Source: Acidimicrobiales bacterium (lineage in GTDB: Bacteria; Actinomycetota; Acidimicrobiia; Acidimicrobiales; SZUA-35). Taken from it: a stretch of 64,000 nt of DNA. The stretch is from the NCBI GenBank assembly GCA_965216675.1, contig CBDCGK010000004.1, forward strand, positions 3,150,061-3,214,060, given 5' to 3'. The notes below the pieces were generated by a model. The model was not told where the DNA came from and made no database searches. It saw nothing but the letters and a program-made list of their open reading frames with translations. Each line of letters starts with the position of its first letter. Position 1 is the first letter of the stretch. Position numbers and translations under genes: made by a program. Positions 54,505 to 63,431 of the stretch are shown piece after piece.

Positions 54505-55299
54505 GATCGGCCACTGGATCTCGGTGAGGATCTCGTCGGGCTCCACCGTGGTCGGGTCATTGAGGTAGATCTCGCGTGGCGGACCGGCGAACTGGTGACC
54601 GTGCTCCTGCACCCAACCAGTGAGTGTGTGGTAGGCCGGTGACACCTGGTCGTACGGGCCCTTGTGGATCGTGGTGGCCATGGCTGCACCGTCGAGCCTC
54701 CGCGCCCGCACATCACCGACCGGTTCGATGAGTTCGGCGACCGGGAAGCAGATCTCGATGTCGCCGTCGGTTTCGTCGTCGATGACGTCGTGGAAGATCA
54801 CGAACGGCGGTCCGGCCGGCGGTCCGCCGAGTGCAGCACCGACCTGGCCGAACCCACCGGCCAGGTCCGTGGCGATCGAAGCCAGATCGGTGTGGATACG
54901 CAGCGAGGCCACGTTGATGGTCGGGACTTCCTTCACGGTCACGGTGTAGGGCATGATCGACTCCTTGTTCTCGATGAGGCGTCGGAGGTAGGCGAGCATG
55001 CGTTGCTGGTCGGCCAGGCGGGCTTCGAGCCGCTCCCGGTGGGTGTCGAGATGCTTCTGGATGATCTCGGGGTCGTCGTTGTCCAGAACGACGTGGATCT
55101 CATCCAGCGGCATGTCGATCGATCGCAACGTGCGGATCGCCTCAGCCGTGTTTGCCTGCGACAGCCGGTAGTAGCGATACCCGGACTGCTGGTCGACCTG
55201 TGCCGGTCGCAGCAGGCCTATCTCGTCGTAGTGGCGAAGCGCCTTGACGGACAGTCGGGTCATGGCGGAGAACCGCCCGATCGGAACCAACTCGTTCAT
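54499..55299 (-). CDS. MerR family regulator with GyrI-like effector-binding domain
   Basis: MNELVPIGRFSAMTRLSVKALRHYDEIGLLRPAQVDQQSGYRYY. AAAGGAG lies 9 nt upstream of the ATG at 55299. Confidence 0.88.
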   Translation of the reverse strand: MNELVPIGRFSAMTRLSVKALRHYDEIGLLRPAQVDQQSGYRYYRLSQANTAEAIRTLRSIDMPLDEIHVVLDNDDPEIIQKHLDTHRERLEARLADQQRMLAYLRRLIENKESIMPYTVTVKEVPTINVASLRIHTDLASIATDLAGGFGQVGAALGGPPAGPPFVIFHDVIDDETDGDIEICFPVAELIEPVGDVRARRLDGAAMATTIHKGPYDQVSPAYHTLTGWVQEHGHQFAGPPREIYLNDPTTVEPDEILTEIQWPIS

Positions 55300-55393
55300 G
55301 CTCACCAACTCCTTTCCTCTTCACGTTCGGGTTTGCTTTCGGGGACCATGCTCGGGTCTCCCGTTACCGGAGAGTCAAGAGGCTTTCGTGACG

Positions 55394-56464
55394 TCACCTG
55401 CTGAGGGCGATGATCCGGCCGGCCACATGGTCGGTGAGCAGCACCTGGTCGCCGTCGACGGTCAAGTGCTGGGGATGTTCGGCCACCGTGGATGCGACGC
55501 TGTAGGTGCCCTCGCCGGCAGCCGGACCGGACCCGGTCGACACCGCCACCACCTGACCCTCGTTCCACAGCGCCACCAACAACACCTCGGGATCCCACGG
55601 TGCCGCCACCACCGATGTGGGAGTGGCGCCCGCCGGGAACACGGCCAACGGTCGAGGCTTGGTGGCGCAGTCCTGCTCGGTGCCGCCGTATTCGATCACG
55701 ACTCGGTTATCGCCCACACATCGGGGCCAGCCGTGATCGGCGCCGGGCGTGACCGGCACCAGTTCGTCGAGTGGCCGTTCACCGTCGTAGCGGCCGTCAC
55801 CGATCTCAGTCGTGTAGAGGGTGCCATCGGCGGTGTCGCCGCCACCGTCTTCGCCGCCGGTGCGGACCTGGGCATAGGCGTGTTTGAATCCGGTGGCCAC
55901 CTCCGTGATCCGGCCGTCGGCCGTCACCGCCCACAGTGTCCCCGACCCCGGCGTCGGGGTGCCGTCGACCTCGAGCCGGCCCGAGGTGTCGTAGAGCAAC
56001 CGGTCGCCGTCGACCGTGAGCGTGCCCTCCGATCGTCCGTTGGTGGGAAGGTCGTCGGCCACCACCACCCGGTCGGAGCCGTCGACCGCTCCGCCGATCG
56101 GCCCCCGGGTCAGCCGGTCGCGTTCCATCACCCACAGGTCACCGGCGAACAGTGCGATACCGGTGGGCTTGTCGAGACCGACGAGGATCACCTCGGGCCC
56201 GGCACCGGGGTCATCGGGGTCGAGCCGCACCACCTGACCCGTCCCGTCGTCCTCCCCGCCGGCCAGCTGGGCCAGCCACCAGGAGCCGTCGTCGGCCACC
56301 ACCAGTTGGGTCGGCCCGGCGAGGCCGGTCACCAGCACCACCTCGTTGAGTGAGCCGGTGACGTCATCGTGGGATCCGGTGTCGTCGGCGACACAACCGG
56401 TGGCCAGAGCGATGACAACCGCGGCGACCATCGACCGGCGGAGGAACGGAACCATGGTCGACAA
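55394..56464 (-). CDS. beta-propeller lipoprotein, PQQ-dependent sugar (sorbosone/glucose) dehydrogenase-like
   Basis: Signal peptide plus lipobox VVIALATGC. Repeated propeller-like strands and a DELVPVTPGADHGWPRC motif resembling the GSDH family. The start may instead be the ATG at 56455. Confidence 0.5.
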   Translation of the reverse strand: MSTMVPFLRRSMVAAVVIALATGCVADDTGSHDDVTGSLNEVVLVTGLAGPTQLVVADDGSWWLAQLAGGEDDGTGQVVRLDPDDPGAGPEVILVGLDKPTGIALFAGDLWVMERDRLTRGPIGGAVDGSDRVVVADDLPTNGRSEGTLTVDGDRLLYDTSGRLEVDGTPTPGSGTLWAVTADGRITEVATGFKHAYAQVRTGGEDGGGDTADGTLYTTEIGDGRYDGERPLDELVPVTPGADHGWPRCVGDNRVVIEYGGTEQDCATKPRPLAVFPAGATPTSVVAAPWDPEVLLVALWNEGQVVAVSTGSGPAAGEGTYSVASTVAEHPQHLTVDGDQVLLTDHVAGRIIALSR

Positions 56465-56501
56465 CCGTACCGCCCGCCACCTCCACCGTTAGCCTGACCC
56501 G

Positions 56502-56879
56502 ATGGACACCAACGACCGCCCGACCATCACCGTGCCCGAAACCGACCCACCCACCGAACTCGTCATCGAGGATCTCGTCGTCGGCGACGGAACCGAGGCG
56601 GTGGCCGGGGCTCAGGTCAACGTCGACTACGTCGGTGTCGCCTGGAGCACGGGCGCCGAGTTCGACGCCTCATGGAACCGGGGTGAACCGCTGCCGTTCA
56701 CCCTCGGTGTCGGTCAGGTGATCTCCGGCTGGGATCAGGGAGTGGCCGGGATGCGCGTCGGCGGTCGCCGTCGCATCACGATCCCGCCCGACATGGCCTA
56801 CGGGGCGGCCGGCGCCGGTGGTGTCATCGGCCCCAACGAGACCTTGATCTTCACCTGCGACCTGCGCTCGATCGGCTAG
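56502..56879 (+). CDS. FKBP-type peptidyl-prolyl cis-trans isomerase
   Basis: VNVDYVGVAWSTGAEFDASWNRGEPLPFTLGVGQVISGWDQGVAGMRVGGRRRITIPPDMAYG. Confidence 0.9.
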   Translation: MDTNDRPTITVPETDPPTELVIEDLVVGDGTEAVAGAQVNVDYVGVAWSTGAEFDASWNRGEPLPFTLGVGQVISGWDQGVAGMRVGGRRRITIPPDMAYGAAGAGGVIGPNETLIFTCDLRSIG

Positions 56880-57511
56880 ACGACCGTCGCCTCGGCAGGG
56901 CCGTCCGGGGCCTGCCGACGGCCTGAGCGGAGGAACCGGCGCAGGCTTCCGACGGTTCGTCTGGCGAACCGGTAGAGCCACACCAGGAACACCAGCAGCA
57001 GGATCGTCACCACCACGGCGATCCCGGCTGCGATCCACGGATACTGAAACGCCAGCACCATCAAGCCCATCACCGACAGGTCCTCGGTGATGCTCAGCGC
57101 GATGTTGCTGAACGGTTCCGGGCTGGTGTTGACCAGCGCCCGGAGGCCGGCCTTGCTGGTGTGACTGGTGAGCGCCCCGGCGCCGGTGAGCAGCGTGAGC
57201 ACGGTGGTGACCGCCGGATCGCCGTCGGGTAGGACGTTGAGGGCGATGAGCATGGCCCCGGCCGGTCGGACAAAGGTGTGGATCACGTCCCACGTGTTGT
57301 CGACGTAGGGCACCTTGTCGGCCGCGAACTCCACCGCGGCCAGCAGGGCCGATACGATCAGCACCGGCCACGACCCGAGCGTGTCGAGCGAGTCGGGCAC
57401 GTACTCCGCGACCCAACCCAGCCGCACCAGCAGTCCGGTGACGAAAACGGTCAGGTAGAGGTTGACCCCGGCCGCCAGACCGAGGGGCCCGAGAAAGACG
57501 AGCGGATCCAC
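56876..57511 (-). CDS. DUF4126 family membrane protein
   Basis: GLAAGVNLYLTVFVTGLL...EFAADKVPYVDNTWDVIHTFVRPAGAMLIA, the characteristic ADK-P-vD...RP-aG pattern. Confidence 0.6.
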   Translation of the reverse strand: MDPLVFLGPLGLAAGVNLYLTVFVTGLLVRLGWVAEYVPDSLDTLGSWPVLIVSALLAAVEFAADKVPYVDNTWDVIHTFVRPAGAMLIALNVLPDGDPAVTTVLTLLTGAGALTSHTSKAGLRALVNTSPEPFSNIALSITEDLSVMGLMVLAFQYPWIAAGIAVVVTILLLVFLVWLYRFARRTVGSLRRFLRSGRRQAPDGPAEATVV

Positions 57512-57647
57512 GACTTCATCCTACGCTCGCCAGGCATGGGCCGAACCGCTGGGCCCCAACCGCCAGAACCCGCCCGGACACCTCCCGTTCTGGTGTGCGG
57601 GTTGATCGGTAGCGATCACCGGGCACCCCAGAACGGTGCGGTCAGGG

Positions 57648-58583
57648 TCAGGAGGCGTCGTCTGAGTAGGTGGCGAGCTGGGGCCGGCGGTCGATGAAGA
57701 CCTCGGGGTCCGAGAGCTGGCGGATCATCACCGGCATGAACTCGGCGAACGCCGCGGCGATGCTCGGCGACGCCGGGATGCAGTCGTCGCGCATCTCCTC
57801 GTGCAGCGCGGGCAGGTTGTGGTAGGGAACCAGCGGGAACATGTGGTGTTCGACGTGGTAGTTCATGTTGAGGTACACGAACCGGCTGATCGGGTTCATG
57901 TAGACGGTTCGGCTGTTGAGTCGGTGATCGAGGACGTTGTCGGCCAGGCCGCCGTGCTGGGTCAGCCCGGTCATCAGGTGGTGCCACGCCCCGTACATGC
58001 GGGGGAGACCGATCACCATCAACGGCAGGATCGAATCGACGACGAAACACGCCGCGACCGTGAGGGCGTAGATCACCAGCCAGATGCGGGCCACCCGGTA
58101 CACCTTGGGCTGTTCGGAGGCGGGGACGTAGTCGGCTTCGTCGTCGGTCAGCCGGCCGGTGGCGTGGCGGACGATGGTCCGCAGCGATTCGGGCACGTCG
58201 AAGACGCCCACGAAGTTGGGGACGATCTTCCACAGCTTGGGGGGACGCATGGCCACGATCTCCGGGTCGCGTCCGACGATGATCGTGTCGGTGTGATGGC
58301 GGGTGTGGCTCCACCGCCAAGCCGTCGGGTTGCGCATCATGCAGAAGCAGGCGATCTGGTAGACGACCTCGTTCATCCACGGTGTCCTGAACGCGGTCCG
58401 GTGCCCGGCCTCGTGCCATCGGGCGTCGCTACCCGACCCGTAGAGCACCCCGTAACAGAAGAACGCGGCGAGGGAGATCCACCAGTTGTCGCCCCAGAAG
58501 ACCACGCCGACGGTGGCGAAGACGATCATCAGGCCGAGCCACAGCACCGTGTCGATGATGGCCCGGCGGTCGGAGCGCCGCAT
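57648..58583 (-). CDS. membrane fatty-acid desaturase family protein (intact portion; the 5' end up to 58708 is out of register)
   Basis: Histidine boxes HEAGH, HTRHH, HVEHH. An ATG with a strong RBS at 58708 opens a different frame encoding MATIVRDYSLNGPDSAAAVEAG. Confidence 0.8.
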   Translation of the reverse strand: MRRSDRRAIIDTVLWLGLMIVFATVGVVFWGDNWWISLAAFFCYGVLYGSGSDARWHEAGHRTAFRTPWMNEVVYQIACFCMMRNPTAWRWSHTRHHTDTIIVGRDPEIVAMRPPKLWKIVPNFVGVFDVPESLRTIVRHATGRLTDDEADYVPASEQPKVYRVARIWLVIYALTVAACFVVDSILPLMVIGLPRMYGAWHHLMTGLTQHGGLADNVLDHRLNSRTVYMNPISRFVYLNMNYHVEHHMFPLVPYHNLPALHEEMRDDCIPASPSIAAAFAEFMPVMIRQLSDPEVFIDRRPQLATYSDDAS

Positions 58584-58747
58584 CAGCTCCTTCAGACGCT
58601 CTGCGGGGAATCGGCGTCTGATACCAGTCGGCCTGGACGATGACCGGCCTCGACCGCGGCCGCGCTGTCGGGCCCGTTCAGCGAATAGTCGCGGACGATG
58701 GTTGCCATCGCAGGCTCCTTCCCACGTCGCTCGTCGTAACCTACATC

Positions 58748-59989
58748 ATGGCCCAAAGTCGCCGGAGGTTCGAAGCCAGCCGTCGCCCCTCCGGATCCCC
58801 CGGCCCTGGGCGTCGGTCGGAACCGCCGAACGTCTCCAATGCCATGCTGGCCCGCCTCACCGGAGCGAAGGCCACCACGAACTCCGCGTTCCGTTGGGTG
58901 GCGTTCTTCCTGCCGACGCTGTCGACGGCGTTCGGGGCGACGACGGCGCAACTCACCGCCGTGCTCGGCATCGGCGAGATGGCGGGCCTGAGCAGCCTGG
59001 CCGTCGGACGGCACCTCGACCGGGGGCGGGAACGGTTCGTGCTGCTCGCGGCGCTCACGCTGGCCGCCGTCGGGTCGTTGGTGGCGCTCATCGGCAGCTT
59101 CGCAGCATTCGCCGCCGCCTACTTCCTCATCATGCTCGGAGTGTCGTTCGTGACCGTCGGCGGCCACACCTACCTGAGCCGCCGGGTGCGGTACGCCCGC
59201 CGGGCCCGGGTGATCGGCCTGTTCGAGACGTCGTGGGCCATGGGATTGCTCGTCGGGGCGCCCGTCGCCGCGCTGCTGATCGGCTGGTTCGGGTGGCGGG
59301 GTCCGTTCGTTTTCTTCGCTGCGGCGTCGGCGGTCATGCTCGCCGTTCTGCGGACCGCCGAGGACAACTCGGTCGTTCTCGACGACGTCGGCGGCCACGG
59401 TGCGACCCACCGCTTCACCGGTCGGGCATGGCTGCTGGTCGCCGCCTCGGCTGCCGTCGCGATAACCGGGCTGGCCACGGCGGTCATCGCCGGGACCTGG
59501 CTGAACGAGGCGTTCGCGGTGTCGACCGGTGGCGTCGGGTTGGTGGCCATGGCATTCGGAGCGGCGGAGCTGACGGCATCGTCGACCTCCGCGGCCATTG
59601 CCGACCGGATCGGCCCGGTGCGGGCCACGCAGATGGCCCTCGTGGTCACGATGGTCGGTCTGTTGGTGATGACCCGAGCCGGGTCGTCGCTCCCGATCGG
59701 TGCCGTCGGTCTGCTGCTCTTCTTCGTCGGCTTCGAGTTCGCCATCGTGACCTCGTTCTCGTTCGTCAGCGAAGCCCAGCCAGCCGCTCGAGGCCGTGTG
59801 CTGGCGCTCAACACGGCGGTCGGCACCGTGATACGAGGCATCGGTATCGCGGCGAGCGGTGTACTCTACGAGCGGTTCGGGATCGACGGGCCGGTGATGC
59901 TGTCGGCGGCCACGGCGATCACTGCGCTGGCGCTGCTGGCGGTTGCCGGCCGCAACACAAAGCCAAAGGTCGAGGTGACGACACGATGA
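58748..59989 (+). CDS. MFS transporter
   Basis: ~12 TM helices, divergent from the desaturase gene. The ATG at 58748 is preferred to the ORF-track start at 58640. Confidence 0.75.
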   Translation: MAQSRRRFEASRRPSGSPGPGRRSEPPNVSNAMLARLTGAKATTNSAFRWVAFFLPTLSTAFGATTAQLTAVLGIGEMAGLSSLAVGRHLDRGRERFVLLAALTLAAVGSLVALIGSFAAFAAAYFLIMLGVSFVTVGGHTYLSRRVRYARRARVIGLFETSWAMGLLVGAPVAALLIGWFGWRGPFVFFAAASAVMLAVLRTAEDNSVVLDDVGGHGATHRFTGRAWLLVAASAAVAITGLATAVIAGTWLNEAFAVSTGGVGLVAMAFGAAELTASSTSAAIADRIGPVRATQMALVVTMVGLLVMTRAGSSLPIGAVGLLLFFVGFEFAIVTSFSFVSEAQPAARGRVLALNTAVGTVIRGIGIAASGVLYERFGIDGPVMLSAATAITALALLAVAGRNTKPKVEVTTR

Positions 59990-60789
59990 GCGGGATTCTC
60001 GAACGGGATCGGCACGCGCGAGGATACGCGCGGTCCGAAGCCGACGTGGTGCAGGCAATGGCGCGGTCGGTGCTCGACAGCGATTATCACGCCAACGGAT
60101 ACACCACACGGGCCCAGGCCGACCGGCTGGGCGAGGTGCTCGACCTCGAACCGGATCACCTGCTGCTCGACGTCGGCTCGGGTGCCGGCTGGCCCGGACT
60201 CTACCTGGCCGACCGCCACGGGTGCCGAGTGGTGACCGTCGACCCGGTCACGGCCGGTGTGTCGACCGCCCATCGCCGGATCGTGGCCGACGCCATGAGC
60301 GAGCGGGCCTGGGCCGTCGTCGGGGCCGCCCAGAACCTGCCGTTGCGACCGGGTTCGGTCGACGCCGCCGTCCACACCGACGTCATGTGTTGACTGCGCC
60401 GCAAGCTCTCCGTGCTGAGGGCGATCAGGCGGACACTCAAACGGGGTGGACCGATGGCGTTCCTCACCATCGAACCCGATGCCGACCTGACACCGCCGCA
60501 GCGGCGCAAGGCCGGTCGCATCGGCCCGCCGGGGGTGTTGGTGCCCACGTCGTATCCGAGCCTGCTGCGCAGCGCCGGGTTCGTCGGCACCGACGTCGTT
60601 GACGTCACCGCCGAGTACAGAACGACCCAGCAGGCGAAGATCGACGAGATGGAACGGCACCGCGACGATCTGGTCGAGCTCGCCGGGGTCGAGGAGTTCA
60701 CCGAGAGTCGTCGCAATCGGCGGCGGACCATCGAGGCGATCGACGCGGGGCTGCTCCGCCGCCGCCTCTATGTCTCACACCGTCGCTGA
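59986..60789 (+). pseudogene. class I SAM-dependent methyltransferase with an in-frame TGA at 60391-60393
   Basis: ATGA overlap with the MFS stop. SAM motif I LLLDVGSGAGWPGLYLA. ORF 60412..60789 is in the same frame and supplies the post-motif region LRAIRRTLKRGGPMAFLTIEP. Only one stop codon separates the two halves. Confidence 0.7.
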
Positions 60790-60939
60790 CGTCGCGGCGA
60801 GCGGATCACCCGTCGAACCGGCGCCGAGGTAAGGGATCCGACAACCTTGCGTGCAGAGCCGGTTAACGGTCCAGAGGGATTGACGGGCATCCCTGTAGGG
60901 TGCCGGGCGAAGCACAAACTCTGGCGGGGCGGAAGGGTA

Positions 60940-61524
60940 ATGATGACGGTGTTCGCCAGGCGTCTCCTCGGAGGCGGAGCAATGGCCGTGACTGTTCTGG
61001 CCGGATCGCTGATGCTGTCCTCGGTGGTCAACGCCGCGGGCCATGTCAAGTATCGGGGCGAGTTCGGGGCGGAGTTCCCGGTCGTCGACACGGCAACCGG
61101 TGAGCTGGTCGAGAACCCGGCCTACGATCCCGGTGTCACCGGGCGGGTACACATGAAGGTCGGGTTGGAGTCGACGAAGGTCAGTGTCGAGGTCGAGGGA
61201 CTCGATCCGGAGCTGGTTTACGGCTCGCACCTCCACGACCGTCGTTGTGCTGATGGTGGCGGTGGCCACTATCAGGACGAGGTCGGCGGCCCCGTGGACA
61301 GCGTCAACGAGATCTGGTTGAGTTCGTTCGAGACCGGTTTCGGCATCCTGGGCGCCGCGCCCATGGCCGAGGCCAGCGGAGCTGCCGACTGGGCGGCCAG
61401 GACGACAAGCGCCGACTCCACCAATGCCCTCTCCGTCGTCATCCACGCTCCGGGCGGTGCCCGTATCGCCTGCGCCGACCTCGTCGTCAGGGGCGGTCGC
61501 CCGGGCGTCGCAAACGGTCGCTGA
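60940..61524 (+). CDS. secreted Cu/Zn-superoxide-dismutase-like fold protein (Cu-site histidines present, Zn-site incomplete)
   Basis: Signal peptide MMTVFARRLLGGGAMAVTVLAGSLMLSSVVNAAG; SHLHDRRCADGGGGHY...LSVVIHAPGGARIACADL. GGAAGGG RBS. Confidence 0.45.
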   Translation: MMTVFARRLLGGGAMAVTVLAGSLMLSSVVNAAGHVKYRGEFGAEFPVVDTATGELVENPAYDPGVTGRVHMKVGLESTKVSVEVEGLDPELVYGSHLHDRRCADGGGGHYQDEVGGPVDSVNEIWLSSFETGFGILGAAPMAEASGAADWAARTTSADSTNALSVVIHAPGGARIACADLVVRGGRPGVANGR

Positions 61525-61675
61525 CCGCCCGGGCGGTTCGATGTGGGTGAACCGGCGGCGTTCTCGGTCAATCGCTTGCGAAGCCTGAATAATCGTCTGC
61601 GGAGCCTGAACCCGGTCGGCTATAACTGAAATGACGGCCTTGTCGGCCGTCGTCAACCATCATCGGAGGGAAGCC

Positions 61676-63382
61676 GTGAAGAACGATGACGCCGACGTCG
61701 TGGTGCTCGGATCGGGCCTGGCCGGCTCCATGCTGGCGACCATTCTCGCCCGCCAAGGCTGCCGGGTCGCCATGATCGAGCGGGGGCGCCATCCCCGGCT
61801 GGCCATCGGGGAGTCGCTGGTTCCGGCCTCGGCGATGCTGTTCTGGTATCTCGGCCGCAAGTACGACGTGCCGGAGATCGCCACGCTGGCCCACCTTGAT
61901 TCGGTCTCGCGAAACGTGGCGCCGACCTCCGGCGTGAAACGGGGTTTCAGCTACGTCTACCACCGGCCCGGTCGGGAACGTGTGGTTCCCGAGGAGTCGA
62001 GCCTGTTCGTCGGGCCGCTCCAGCCGGTCTTCCGGGAGAGTCAGCTCTACCGCCAAGATGTCGATCACCACCTGGTTCGCACTGCCGTCGCCTACGGCGT
62101 CGAGTATCGGGACGAGACCACCGTGACCGGAATCGAGATCGACGGCGACGGGGCGAGGATCACGGTCGACGACGGTTCGGAACTCACCGCCCGCTACGTC
62201 GTCGACGCATCCGGGCGGCACTCGGTGCTGGCATCCACCTATGGACTGCGCGAGGAGCCGACCCGGCTCCGTCACCACTCTCGGACCATCTTCACCCATA
62301 TGACCGACGTCCGGCCGTTCGAACAGGTCGAGCCCGGCTCGGAGGGCAAGCGGGTGTCCGACAGCTTCTCGAAAGGCACCCTCCACCACGTCTTCGACGG
62401 AGGCTGGTTCTGGGTCATTCCGTTCGACAACCATCACCTCTCGGAGAGCAACCTCGTCAGCGTCGGACTGACGCTTGACAGCCGCCGCTTTCCCCGTGAC
62501 GAGTCGATCGAGCCGGAAAAGGAGTTCGCCTCCTGGGTGGAACGGTTCCCGGTGATCGAGCGTCATCTCGGGCCCGCCCAGGCGGCTCGACCGTTCGTCG
62601 GCACCGACCGCATTCAGTACTCGTCGTCCACGTCGGTCGGTGACCGGTTCCTGTTGCTCCAGCACGCCTACGGCTTCATCGATCCACTCTTCTCGCGGGG
62701 GATCTGGCGGTCACAGGAGGCGGTCGACGTCGTGGTCCAGGAGTTGTTGCAGGCCCTGGCCGACGACGACCTGTCCGCCGAACGTTTTGCCGCAGTCGAC
62801 CGGATGCAGCAGGCCATGCTCGACGACAACGACCAGATGGTGCACAACGCCTACCGGTCGATGGTCGACTACCACACGTGGACGGCCTGGCTGCGGATCT
62901 GGTTCGCGGATGAGTTCATGACCACCATGCCACTGTTGGCCGCCACCTTCCGCTGTGTGGCCGAGGGCGATCTGTCGGCATACGATCGAATGAGGGGCGA
63001 CCGCCGTCCGGCCACGGGGTTCTCCTACTCGGCCGACCTCCAGCACCAGATCGACGAAGCCGAGCGAGACCTCGACCGTTTCGAAGCGGGTGAGCTGTCG
63101 GCCACGAAGGTCCGGCAACGGATTTCGGCTCGGCTCGCCGCCACCGACTATCTGCCCCACAACCTTCTCGACTTCGAGGACCCGTGGCTGTTCGGTATGG
63201 ATATGACGCCCCCGAATCTGGCCCGCCTCTTGTGGTGGGCGCACCGTCGAGCCCCCGACGCACTACGCCGGGAACTGTTCGACTTCAGCGTGCCGCAACT
63301 GCTCAAATGGCAGCTGCTCGATGCTCTGCCCGGCGGTCGGCTGAAGCGCGATCACTACGGGAACGTCGTGCCCCAGGTCTGA
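61676..63382 (+). CDS. FAD-dependent halogenase-like oxidoreductase
   Basis: DVVVLGSGLAGSMLA (GxGxxG), AIGESLVP, and GGWFWVIPF (the WxWxIP motif of flavin-dependent halogenases). GTG at 61676 has GGAGG 6 nt upstream; an alternative ATG lies at 61631. Confidence 0.65.
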   Translation: MKNDDADVVVLGSGLAGSMLATILARQGCRVAMIERGRHPRLAIGESLVPASAMLFWYLGRKYDVPEIATLAHLDSVSRNVAPTSGVKRGFSYVYHRPGRERVVPEESSLFVGPLQPVFRESQLYRQDVDHHLVRTAVAYGVEYRDETTVTGIEIDGDGARITVDDGSELTARYVVDASGRHSVLASTYGLREEPTRLRHHSRTIFTHMTDVRPFEQVEPGSEGKRVSDSFSKGTLHHVFDGGWFWVIPFDNHHLSESNLVSVGLTLDSRRFPRDESIEPEKEFASWVERFPVIERHLGPAQAARPFVGTDRIQYSSSTSVGDRFLLLQHAYGFIDPLFSRGIWRSQEAVDVVVQELLQALADDDLSAERFAAVDRMQQAMLDDNDQMVHNAYRSMVDYHTWTAWLRIWFADEFMTTMPLLAATFRCVAEGDLSAYDRMRGDRRPATGFSYSADLQHQIDEAERDLDRFEAGELSATKVRQRISARLAATDYLPHNLLDFEDPWLFGMDMTPPNLARLLWWAHRRAPDALRRELFDFSVPQLLKWQLLDALPGGRLKRDHYGNVVPQV

Positions 63383-63431
63383 CGGTCGCTGCCGCGCTGG
63401 CCACAATGGTGGGGTGGCTTACGTCCCCATC

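Noticed and set aside
60394-60460. SECIS-like hairpin downstream of the in-frame TGA in the methyltransferase.
   Set aside because: Only weak 4-bp pairings (cgcc/ggcg, ctga/tcag) could be found, with no stable stem-loop at the expected distance. Selenocysteine is therefore not supported by the sequence alone.
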